64,000 bases of DNA from the sequence record PQ724393.1. One strand, 5' to 3'. The notes beneath the pieces were generated by a model. It worked only from the letters and a program-made list of their open reading frames with translations, made no database searches and was not told the DNA's origin. Below are positions 36,225-45,753 of this stretch, piece by piece. Position numbers and translations under genes: made by a program. Source of the DNA: a phage. Each line of letters starts with the position of its first letter. The stretch's first letter is position 1.

Positions 36225-36491
36225 TTAAATTACAAATCCAGCAGGGGCATTATCATCTTTAGCCATGTGCTGAATTGTATGATAAGTCATTTCTTCAGGA
36301 GCAACCAGATAAGCCGCAACGTTAACTAGTGGAATTATTTTTGGTTTAGCGAACGTGCTATCAGAAATTGCCATAAAGGGCTCGCCGTCGGTCTCAACTT
36401 CGCCAAATTGGCACTCGTAAGAAATAGAACAACGTTTGGTGGTGGTTGTCTTGGTTTTAGGGTCATAAAAAGCTAATTTTAATACTAACAT
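36225..36491 (-). CDS. Hypothetical protein (88 aa)
   Basis: ORF directly downstream of tRNA cluster. Confidence 0.45.
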   Translation of the reverse strand: MLVLKLAFYDPKTKTTTTKRCSISYECQFGEVETDGEPFMAISDSTFAKPKIIPLVNVAAYLVAPEEMTYHTIQHMAKDDNAPAGFVI

Positions 36492-36669
36492 AATACCTCA
36501 AATAAAATTAAGTAAAGTAAGTTTGATTAATAGACCTTGTCTATTATGAAAGGCTCTTTGAGGGAAGAACCTTTGGTAATAGAGGGTTACTTAATAATGT
36601 TAGAGTAATAATATCACATTACTCTTAAAGCATATTACTATTTTTAGGAATAGTCTGGTCAAATTTGAT

Positions 36670-36960
36670 TCATTGTGGCCACATATTAATGTAATCAAGT
36701 TTAATAGAAGCAATCTTCAAAGGATTTTTAAAGATGTCGTATTCGACCAATCCATTTTCAGTTGCAGTATAAAAAGTAAAATTAACAGAATTATAACGAT
36801 GACTGTTAACTTTGAGTTTAACGTCGCTTGAACTACGGCCAATATTAACCTGTTGAACATCAAGCACGGCATCTTTGCCAAAGTTGCGAATCAGTAGCTC
36901 TGCTGCAACCTGGTCCGAATTATAGCCATTCTCTGGATTAGTAACTTTAACGTATAGCAT
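36670..36960 (-). CDS. Hypothetical protein (96 aa)
   Basis: ORF. Confidence 0.45.
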   Translation of the reverse strand: MLYVKVTNPENGYNSDQVAAELLIRNFGKDAVLDVQQVNIGRSSSDVKLKVNSHRYNSVNFTFYTATENGLVEYDIFKNPLKIASIKLDYINMWPQ

Positions 36961-37341
36961 TTAACCCTCGTCTACAATAGTGTGGGTATTGGCATTAACA
37001 ATCTGCCACCAGTCAAAACGATTGGAACCATAACAAGGCTTATTCTCGTTTTCTTTAATGATATCGCGCAGTTCATCTTCAGTCGCTGCCTTTGCGATTA
37101 AGTCAGCATAACCGCCACGAGGATAATAGTTATCACCGGCAAAGAGCAAAAAGTTTGTTTTGATATTCTTGAATTCTTCAAGAGTAATAACTGTTCCGCC
37201 AGGTTGAACAATATCTATATAACTATATCCTAATTTCTGTGCTTCATTTACCGCTTCGAGCAGGGTGTCGTGTGCCCACCCAATTTGGCAATCTGGTTTT
37301 TCAGATGGATTTGCTTGATAATCCGCATACACTTTATACAT
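36961..37341 (-). CDS. Hypothetical protein (126 aa)
   Basis: Start at MYKVYADYQ (ATG 37339-37341). Confidence 0.45.
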   Translation of the reverse strand: MYKVYADYQANPSEKPDCQIGWAHDTLLEAVNEAQKLGYSYIDIVQPGGTVITLEEFKNIKTNFLLFAGDNYYPRGGYADLIAKAATEDELRDIIKENENKPCYGSNRFDWWQIVNANTHTIVDEG

Positions 37342-37342
37342 T

Positions 37343-37528
37343 TTACTCACCTTTAGAGATTTTATCCATAACGAAAGAAATTGAACCAATTAAGAATGCC
37401 ACTACTAAAGAAATTATATTCTCGGAAGTTGAAAGCATATCGAGCATGAATCCTGCAAACATACTAAAGCCGAAAGCAGTAACAGCGGCCAGTGCAGTAA
37501 CATTTCTAATTAATTCACAACGTTTCAT
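37343..37528 (-). CDS. Hypothetical small membrane protein (61 aa)
   Basis: Start ATG 37526-37528 with SD GGAGAATAAA; hydrophobic. Confidence 0.4.
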   Translation of the reverse strand: MKRCELIRNVTALAAVTAFGFSMFAGFMLDMLSTSENIISLVVAFLIGSISFVMDKISKGE

Positions 37529-37595
37529 TTTATTCTCCAATCACTCATTTGTTTTGATAGGGCTATAGTATCACCACTAAAGCCCGTTGTAAACA
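37529..37595 (-). promoter_or_regulatory. Early promoter / stem-loop cassette
   Basis: GTTTACA at 37588-37594; core ttgatagggctatagtatca; 5'UTR shared with the copy at 29231. Confidence 0.5.
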
Positions 37596-37596
37596 C

Positions 37597-38543
<947 letters not shown>

Positions 38544-38551
<8 letters not shown>

Positions 38552-39305
38552 TTTTATTTCCTAATAATTTATCAATAGTAGTGTATAGTTCAGAAAGAGT
38601 GCCGTTATTTTCAACAACAACGTCACCAGGTAAAATTGGTAGACCCGCTTCAGTGATGTGCGAGTCTTGTACTTGACCGGTTTCAGCGCGAACTACATGA
38701 ATAATCGTAGCACCCATCGCTCTGAGCGAATCAATTTCGTGTGTTTGACGAACATCAGGTACGACATAGTATTTCGCATCAGAGTATATTTTATCAAAAT
38801 AGTCTAAAGCGAACAACTTAACCCAATACATCTTATCAAATTGGTTAACAATAATATCAGTCCCAAGGGTCTGCATGAGACGACGTACTGACCAATTGTT
38901 ATTTTTATTTATTACTTCAAACAGTTGGTCTTTTGTTTCTTCAGACAGATACTGGACCGGGGTAAGACCATAATGATATGCGGTACGAACATCCATTCCT
39001 GGAATAGGAAGGATATTATTCAGTTTGACAATAGCATTTTCAAAGATATCAATCACATCATATGGTTTTAAAGGAAGGATTTCTTCACGGTCGTAACCGA
39101 TACCTTCAAAACAGTTAAAATCGAGTTTAGGCATATAACTACGGTCGAATACAGGGTCATCAGAGATGTATTCATAGGCTTCAGCCAGATACTTTTTAAT
39201 AGGACCTGCTAGCTGAAATTTTACCGAATCCATATTTTCGATTACATAGTTAGCAACGGTATCCTTACCGCTACGTTTGATTCCTACAATTGATATTAGT
39301 TTCAT
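38544..39305 (-). CDS. 1: Deoxynucleoside monophosphate kinase gp1
   Basis: 253 aa; P-loop GIKRSGKDT; ...WSVRRLMQTLGTDIIVNQFDKMYWVKLFALDY... as in T4 gp1. Confidence 0.85.
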
Positions 39306-39895
39306 TATTTTCTCATAGATGGATGCATAGACATACGAGCCACACGTTGTTCGGCGTACGAATCAATTTGTGGACGACCTGTAACTATTGTACCATCTAT
39401 TTCTACAGCAAACGATTTGAAGTTGAATGTTGCTGTAGCGATTATCGCAGGGTCAGAATCTTCTTTATACGAGTACTGGATTTCCGAGAGGTCAGAGGGC
39501 CAACCGCCGTAGTAATGAATGCTCATTACGATTTTCTGTTTGTTGTTATCAAGGATGTGGAGCGTAATTGCTTCAGGTAAGCCTTTAGGATGCCAGGCTT
39601 CTGAATCATGGGTTACGTAGTTGTTTAATGATAACATCCACTTATAAACGTCAAGCCATGATTTCAATTCTTTGTCCACAAGAAAGTTCACGACCAATGG
39701 GTCGAATTCTACAGTAGAACCTGGCAGCTTAGCACGATGTATGCCCTGGGTCGATCCTGGGACGTCTGAGATCGGAATATGGATACCAGGTAGTGTTACA
39801 TCTTGTACGTTCAATTTGAATGACTGTGTCATTCCTGAGTCACTAACCTCTAAGATAAAGTTAGTGGTGTTAGTTTGGTTAAATAAACCGTTCAT
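39305..39895 (-). CDS. 3: Tail completion / sheath stabiliser gp3
   Basis: Synteny (1-3-2-4) and size; start set to ATG 39893-39895 to avoid overlap with gene 2. Confidence 0.65.
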   Translation of the reverse strand: MNGLFNQTNTTNFILEVSDSGMTQSFKLNVQDVTLPGIHIPISDVPGSTQGIHRAKLPGSTVEFDPLVVNFLVDKELKSWLDVYKWMLSLNNYVTHDSEAWHPKGLPEAITLHILDNNKQKIVMSIHYYGGWPSDLSEIQYSYKEDSDPAIIATATFNFKSFAVEIDGTIVTGRPQIDSYAEQRVARMSMHPSMRK

Positions 39896-39977
39896 AAGGT
39901 TCCTATATTGCTTAAGTCCCGGACAGTGTATAATGGTCCTAGGTCTGTTCCATTCAATAACTGGCTGGGATAATAGA

Positions 39978-40814
39978 TTATGAATTCTTCCATACTTTCT
40001 GAGCTGAGTAACGCTTACCTTTAGACATAAATTGCTGAAGTGGAAGCATGACCACATTAGCCCAATCAGCAGGTTTTATCTCTACTAAAGGGCCCTTGAT
40101 ATTTCCAGGGATATAAGCCTTAATCATCACGTCTGCACCAGCGAATCCTTTTACCTTACTCCAATCGATTTTTAATTTAGTCGAGTTAGTAATGGTAGGC
40201 GTACTCGCGTATTGCTTCAGCAATTCTTCCAGAAATTGTTGACGTGCTTTAGGTGGAATATAGTGTAAGTTCAGTCCGTACATTAAATTATGCTTACCTA
40301 ACCCAAGATAAATGATTAAAGGATATTTGTCCCAGTATGGTAGGGTATCCTTGTGCTTGGCGTCATAGATATAAGCATAAAGCTTACCAGGAGATGGTTT
40401 AGATACCTGGTGTCCACGAATTCCTTTCTTTAATGTTTCTGTAAACCATTTAGCTGATTTATTGTTTACAGCGGCGCCTTCGTTAGCAATCTTATCACGA
40501 ATACTCTTTCTAAAACTATTCACCAAAATTAATTGACGTTCGGCTTTGGTTAATTTATTGCCAGGTTTATTCTGAAGTTTTTCAACCTGTACAGCAGTTT
40601 TAATTCGACTCGAGTATCGAGACATCGCAGATGTAAAGCTAGAATACTTAATGCCTTTATCTTCAGCGAATTTCTTAGCCGAGACACCTTTAGCCTTAGC
40701 CTTGGCATATTCAACGCCTAAAGTTATCCATTGTTGTTCTGAACGAGTAGGCTTGGAACCTTTTGTGGTTTCAGTAGCCTCATTGATGTAGGAAAATATA
40801 CTCATCCTTTCCAT
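39978..40814 (-). CDS. 2: DNA end protector gp2
   Basis: 278 aa basic protein; synteny and size match T4 gp2. Confidence 0.7.
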   Translation of the reverse strand: MERMSIFSYINEATETTKGSKPTRSEQQWITLGVEYAKAKAKGVSAKKFAEDKGIKYSSFTSAMSRYSSRIKTAVQVEKLQNKPGNKLTKAERQLILVNSFRKSIRDKIANEGAAVNNKSAKWFTETLKKGIRGHQVSKPSPGKLYAYIYDAKHKDTLPYWDKYPLIIYLGLGKHNLMYGLNLHYIPPKARQQFLEELLKQYASTPTITNSTKLKIDWSKVKGFAGADVMIKAYIPGNIKGPLVEIKPADWANVVMLPLQQFMSKGKRYSAQKVWKNS

Positions 40815-41251
40815 CCTAATTTTTTCAGTGAATGTTCGGTAATCAATCTAAAGGTGATACCCATTTTATCTGCTGTAGCTTTAGCTGCTTTCCACTTATC
40901 AGTATTAACAGACCAAGTATAGTGTTCGTTGATATATCTCTTTTTAGCAGCCGTAGTCATTTTAACAGGCACCGCAGGAGCATGGGTTTCTTTAAAAGGT
41001 TTGACTTCAAAAAAGAATTGTTGGCCTGTATCAAATTTAACCCAGAAGTCCATAAAATATCGTCTTTTCTTTCCTTCGGCATTGCAAAAGTATGGGATAA
41101 CCACCTCTTCTGAATTCCACTGGACTACATTAGGATGGTTGTCAAGCCAACGCATAAACCATGCTTCCCAAGAGGAACGATATTGGATTTTCTTCCAATC
41201 ACCTTTATATTTTTGTAAGTTTGTAGGTTTAAATTTCCCTGAGTAAGCCAT
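40802..41251 (-). CDS. 4: Head completion protein gp4
   Basis: 149 aa; synteny and size match T4 gp4; divergent from gene 53. Confidence 0.7.
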   Translation of the reverse strand: MAYSGKFKPTNLQKYKGDWKKIQYRSSWEAWFMRWLDNHPNVVQWNSEEVVIPYFCNAEGKKRRYFMDFWVKFDTGQQFFFEVKPFKETHAPAVPVKMTTAAKKRYINEHYTWSVNTDKWKAAKATADKMGITFRLITEHSLKKLGWKG

Positions 41252-41262
41252 AGTTGCCTCCT

Positions 41263-41270
41263 TATAAATA
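41263..41270 (+). promoter_or_regulatory. Late promoter (TATAAATA) for gene 53
   Basis: Exact T4 late promoter motif 28 nt upstream of gene 53 ATG. Confidence 0.65.
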
Positions 41271-41277
41271 TTAATAT

Positions 41278-41285
41278 TATTTATA
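41278..41285 (-). promoter_or_regulatory. Late promoter (TATAAATA) for gene 4
   Basis: Minus-strand TATAAATA ~27 nt upstream of gene 4 ATG. Confidence 0.55.
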
Positions 41286-41297
41286 CTCGGAGGCCCT

Positions 41298-41900
41298 ATG
41301 CTCTTCTCATTTTTCGATCCTATCGATTACGAATCAAAAACAGTCAAGCCGGATTCAGGCTCATTAACAAATGCCGATGTACTGAGCGTGCCGATGACTG
41401 ATATATTTAGAAATTATAAAGAATATTTTGATAAAGTGGCTAAAAACTATACACTAAAGACTTATTATATCAACGGGGCCCCTCGTCCAGAAGAATTGGC
41501 TAATCAACTTTATGGTAATGTCCAATTATATTGGGTTTTATTGATGTGTAATAATATATACGACCCTTATTACGGCTGGATTACAGGCCAAGAAGTTGCA
41601 TATCAAGCGGCAATCCAAAGATATTCTACTGCAGGTGGCAATCAAGTTCTTTATCATGTTAATGAAAAGGGTGAGAAATTCTGGAATCTTGTTAATACTC
41701 CAGAAAACCCATATACTTGGTATGATAAAGGTGATACAGAAAAACGTTATCCTCAATATGAGGGCCCTTTGGCTGCAGTAGATATTTACGAGGATGCTAT
41801 TCGTAAAAATGAATATAAGCGCGAAATAAAGATTGTGGACCCTAATGATATTGAGTCCTTTATTTCTGCCCTTATTCGCGAAATGGAGAAAGCCCTCTAA
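41298..41900 (+). CDS. 53: Baseplate wedge protein gp53
   Basis: 200 aa; first late gene after divergent promoters; synteny with T4 53-5-6. Confidence 0.8.
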   Translation: MLFSFFDPIDYESKTVKPDSGSLTNADVLSVPMTDIFRNYKEYFDKVAKNYTLKTYYINGAPRPEELANQLYGNVQLYWVLLMCNNIYDPYYGWITGQEVAYQAAIQRYSTAGGNQVLYHVNEKGEKFWNLVNTPENPYTWYDKGDTEKRYPQYEGPLAAVDIYEDAIRKNEYKREIKIVDPNDIESFISALIREMEKAL

Positions 41901-43687
41901 TGATTAACATGTCTGATAATGTAAGTTGGTTCGTCGGTGTAGTTGAAGACCGAATGGACCCGCTCAAACAAGGCCGAGTACGTGTACGCGTATGGGGTAT
42001 GCATCCCTATGAAAAGGTACAAGGCCCTGTAAAAGGTCTTCGTACAGAAGATTTACCATGGATGTCGGTATTAATGCCTACATCTTCGGCCTCTGTTTCA
42101 GGTATACAAACCGCTATGACCGGTATGGTCCCAGGTACACAAGTTTATGGCCACTTTCTTGATAAGTGGAAATTAAACGGACTTGTCCTCGGTACATACG
42201 GTTCTGCATCAAAACAAAAAGCAAACCCTAATGAAGGTTTTAGCGACCCAACAGGCCAATATCCACTTTATTTAGGTAACGATGCCGCTGCACTAAACCG
42301 AGGTGGTGAAGTTGGATATGATGCCACTTCTAACGTAATCCAGGATTCTAACCTAGATTTAGGTATTAATCCTGACGGTTTAGATTTAAGTCAAGTCAAG
42401 CCTGACGATAATCCTAATTTCACAATAGAAAACATGCTTCACCGTGATGAAGGGCTTCGACTGAAGGTATATTGGGACACCGAAGGTTATCCTACTATCG
42501 GTATAGGTCACCTTATTACGCCACAACCTATTAGAGATATGAACCAAATAAACAAAATATTGTCTAAACAAATAGGTCGAGAAGTTAAAGGTAACCCTGG
42601 CGCAATATCAATGGATGAGGCTTCTAAATTATTCCAAGAAGACCTTAAAAAAGTCCAAAGCGATATAGGTCGACATAGTGTTGTGGGTCCGGTTTACAAT
42701 AAAGAAAACCGTTCAAGACAAATGGCTCTTGAAAACATGGCTTTCCAAATGGGTTTAGGTGGGCTTGCTAAATTCCGTGGTATGCTCAGTGCTATGCTAA
42801 TAGGCGATTATAAAAAGGCATTTGAGGAAGCTCGTAATTCAGTGTGGTTCAACCAAACTAAGGGCCGTGCATCAAGGGTATCAATGATTATCCTTACAGG
42901 TAACATGGAATCATACGGTATTATGGCCCCTAAAGAAAGGTCATTTAAAGGGCGTTCGTATAGAATGATTCAAACTTTTGCCGCACCTGCAAATTCAGAC
43001 CCAGCCGACCCATGGACCCCAGAAGATACAAGGATTCTGTTTAAAGAGCCAGAATCAAGTTACAAGGGCGAATATCCTTACGTGCAGACAATGCAAACTG
43101 AAGGTGGGCATATCCAAGAATTCGATAACACCCCAGGGCAAGAACGTTATCGTTTAATCCATCCTACAGGTAGTTATGAAGAAGTTGCTCCTGATGGCCG
43201 CAAAACTTCTAAGACGGTAGCCGATGGTTATTATATGACCCAAGGCGATTCTAATACTTATGTCGGCGGTAATAATAAAGTCAACATAGGCGGTGATGAA
43301 ACATATTATAATATGGCTAACGTTCGCCGTCAGACCGACGGAAACGAAAGCATTCATATTCGAGGGAATGAAACCAAAACTGTAGAAGGTAATGGAACTC
43401 TGCTTGTTAAAGGAAATGTTAAAATAGTTATTATGGGTACTGCTGATATAACTGTTGAACAAGAAGCATATATTACGGTTGAAAAAGATACAACAGTTAA
43501 TGTCAACCAGAATGCAGATATAAGCGTTAAACAAAAGGCCACAATAAATGCTCAAAATATGGATGTAAATGTCGAACAAGATTTAAATTTTGCAGCGACG
43601 AACATTAATTTAAACGCATCAAATACTGTGCATATGGATGGCGGTTCATTAGCTAAAGTATCTGGTGGCAACGTACAGGTCGGTTAA
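41900..43687 (+). CDS. 5: Baseplate hub / tail lysozyme gp5
   Basis: 595 aa; N-terminal ...WFVGVVEDRMDPLKQGRVRVRV...; central lysozyme domain ENMLHRDEGLRLKVYWDTEGYPTIGIGH; C-terminal beta-helix repeats. Confidence 0.9.
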   Translation: MINMSDNVSWFVGVVEDRMDPLKQGRVRVRVWGMHPYEKVQGPVKGLRTEDLPWMSVLMPTSSASVSGIQTAMTGMVPGTQVYGHFLDKWKLNGLVLGTYGSASKQKANPNEGFSDPTGQYPLYLGNDAAALNRGGEVGYDATSNVIQDSNLDLGINPDGLDLSQVKPDDNPNFTIENMLHRDEGLRLKVYWDTEGYPTIGIGHLITPQPIRDMNQINKILSKQIGREVKGNPGAISMDEASKLFQEDLKKVQSDIGRHSVVGPVYNKENRSRQMALENMAFQMGLGGLAKFRGMLSAMLIGDYKKAFEEARNSVWFNQTKGRASRVSMIILTGNMESYGIMAPKERSFKGRSYRMIQTFAAPANSDPADPWTPEDTRILFKEPESSYKGEYPYVQTMQTEGGHIQEFDNTPGQERYRLIHPTGSYEEVAPDGRKTSKTVADGYYMTQGDSNTYVGGNNKVNIGGDETYYNMANVRRQTDGNESIHIRGNETKTVEGNGTLLVKGNVKIVIMGTADITVEQEAYITVEKDTTVNVNQNADISVKQKATINAQNMDVNVEQDLNFAATNINLNASNTVHMDGGSLAKVSGGNVQVG

Positions 43688-43688
43688 T

Positions 43689-45752
43689 ATGAATTACTAC
43701 GATAAAGTTGATGAAGTGGTAGGGACTGTAACAAGTCCCTGTGATGACGCAGTAGGACCTGGTGAATATCGCCGGGTTAAATGGGAATTATATAACCCAA
43801 CAGGTGCTTTTATTCAACCCGGGAATGGCGTTGAATGGGATACCGAGATTATTCCACTAGCTACACATTTATACACACAAAATCCATTTGGTAATAAGTC
43901 CGAAACTTTTCCTGCACCTCCCCCGCCGGAAGATGGAACAAGTCAAGGTATCTGGTGTGCTAAACTCGGAATATTCTTTATTACGCAATTGGATTTAGAA
44001 AATTATGTAGAATCGATTGGTGCAACTCTTTTGCCCGGTAATGATTGGTACGGCGCTGATTTATCAAAATCTGTATTGTATAAAACATCTATTGAATATG
44101 ATATGTATCGCATCGAAAACTGTGGCGGTGTATGGACGTCACAAGGCCCCAGAATGGACCCCAGGACGATGATTGCAGTTACGGCTGATTATCATATGTA
44201 TGTCAACTTTAACGGCCTTGGTGACTCCCGCAGGGCTTATTTGAAGTACTATGAGACAAAACCTTGTACTTATGTTGGACTGGTATTAAATCTAGATGTT
44301 GATATGAGTATCCCAGGAACTCCGATTCCAGGACCAGTATCCATCGGGTCTTTACCACCAGAAATAACCGGGCGAGCCAGGGCAATAAGCTGTGTTCCTT
44401 TTACAGCGGAATTCCCTTACAACGGATTGACCAATGCGATTATGGCTTCATGGAATACATCTAGGAATTCATTCAAATTATATTGGGATATGCTCCCTGG
44501 ATGGCCATCATCTGGTGGAACCGATTGGGAAAAATTCTTCGATTCCGGTTATAGTAAGCTATCGGTCGCAATGGAAGAGCTAGGCAACTCAGCTGTTGCT
44601 ATGTGTCAATATGTTCAGCAAATGGCTTTTCTTGCATTTAAAGATGCCATATCACAGGTCTTGGATATTGTTGGTGGTGGGTGGGACTTACTTAAAAGCT
44701 TTTTACCCTCGATTACTATTATGGGCATGACTATTGACCTGGAAGACCTCTGCACTTCAGGTGATGGTGTACAGAAATTAAAAGAAGCATGGAAAAACTT
44801 TAATTTAGAAGAAACCATCCAATCGATTTATTCTGCCATTGGGTCGGCATACGATTATTCGGTTGAACGCGTCAAGATGTATTCGCGTGACCTTATTGAT
44901 GCAATTACAGACTTGTATGACTGGGCCTGGTCTCAATTGCTTATGGCTGGTGTTGCATTATCAAAACTGTGTGTAGACCTCGCTCAAATATGGAGTATGC
45001 CTCCTATAGTTCCGAACCCAGTTTGGAGCGTTATTACTGCGGTCAAGGAAATGATGAAGCAAGTTAAACCACTGGACATGATAATGAGCGGTAACTTTCC
45101 AGGATTCACGGCATCAGATGTTTATCAAATGGTTATGGAAAAGGTAGACCAGAAAATAGACGAAGCTTATGCAATGATTGAGGCTCTTAAAACCCAGGCA
45201 CTCAATCTGTGGAATGAGATTAAGCTCAAAAAGCAAGAAGTACAAAAACAAGCTATTGAATTTAAACAATATCTTTCAGGAATGTACGAAAAAGTTACAG
45301 ACGAGCTAACTGCTCAGAAGGAAGCCGCATTAGCACAAGCTGAAGCTGCACTTGAACTTTTAAAGAATAAATATAAACAGATTAAGAACTCTATTACCGA
45401 AAGTCAAACCTCCGTTTCTGATGTATTAGATATGGCTTTAGAAGAATTCAAAAAACTTCCTATTGTGGCTCAAATGGAAGAACTTCTCGGTATGCTCGGA
45501 GCTACTGTAGATGATATCATGGTTATATACGAGAACTCAGTAACTAAAGCAAAATCTTTATATCACGAATTTACTGATGGTTCCAGGTCAATGAAAGACT
45601 TGTGCAAATCAATGTATAACCAAATATCAACATTATCCTTAAGTAAGGTGGTACAATGGATTAATAAGATGCTGGGAATATTCGGTTTAACGATTGCATT
45701 TCCATCCCTTTCCATTTGCATACCTTGTTTAGAATCTCCTACTAGGAATTAA
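43689..45752 (+). CDS. Large uncharacterised protein (687 aa) between genes 5 and 6
   Basis: ATG 43689 one nt after gp5 stop, ends 2 nt before gene 6; N-terminal Pro/Gly-rich half and C-terminal coiled-coil half; no product recognised. Confidence 0.7.
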   Translation: MNYYDKVDEVVGTVTSPCDDAVGPGEYRRVKWELYNPTGAFIQPGNGVEWDTEIIPLATHLYTQNPFGNKSETFPAPPPPEDGTSQGIWCAKLGIFFITQLDLENYVESIGATLLPGNDWYGADLSKSVLYKTSIEYDMYRIENCGGVWTSQGPRMDPRTMIAVTADYHMYVNFNGLGDSRRAYLKYYETKPCTYVGLVLNLDVDMSIPGTPIPGPVSIGSLPPEITGRARAISCVPFTAEFPYNGLTNAIMASWNTSRNSFKLYWDMLPGWPSSGGTDWEKFFDSGYSKLSVAMEELGNSAVAMCQYVQQMAFLAFKDAISQVLDIVGGGWDLLKSFLPSITIMGMTIDLEDLCTSGDGVQKLKEAWKNFNLEETIQSIYSAIGSAYDYSVERVKMYSRDLIDAITDLYDWAWSQLLMAGVALSKLCVDLAQIWSMPPIVPNPVWSVITAVKEMMKQVKPLDMIMSGNFPGFTASDVYQMVMEKVDQKIDEAYAMIEALKTQALNLWNEIKLKKQEVQKQAIEFKQYLSGMYEKVTDELTAQKEAALAQAEAALELLKNKYKQIKNSITESQTSVSDVLDMALEEFKKLPIVAQMEELLGMLGATVDDIMVIYENSVTKAKSLYHEFTDGSRSMKDLCKSMYNQISTLSLSKVVQWINKMLGIFGLTIAFPSLSICIPCLESPTRN

Positions 45753-45753
45753 A

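Noticed and set aside
5977-37595. Repeated ~55-nt elements as a CRISPR array
   Set aside because: Copies are dispersed at gene boundaries several kb apart, not in a regularly spaced array, and carry promoter and ribosome-site features.
43665-43688. ORF-track start at 43665 for the 687-aa ORF
   Set aside because: Codon 43665-43667 is GTG and overlaps gp5; the in-frame ATG at 43689 directly after the gp5 stop is the more likely start.
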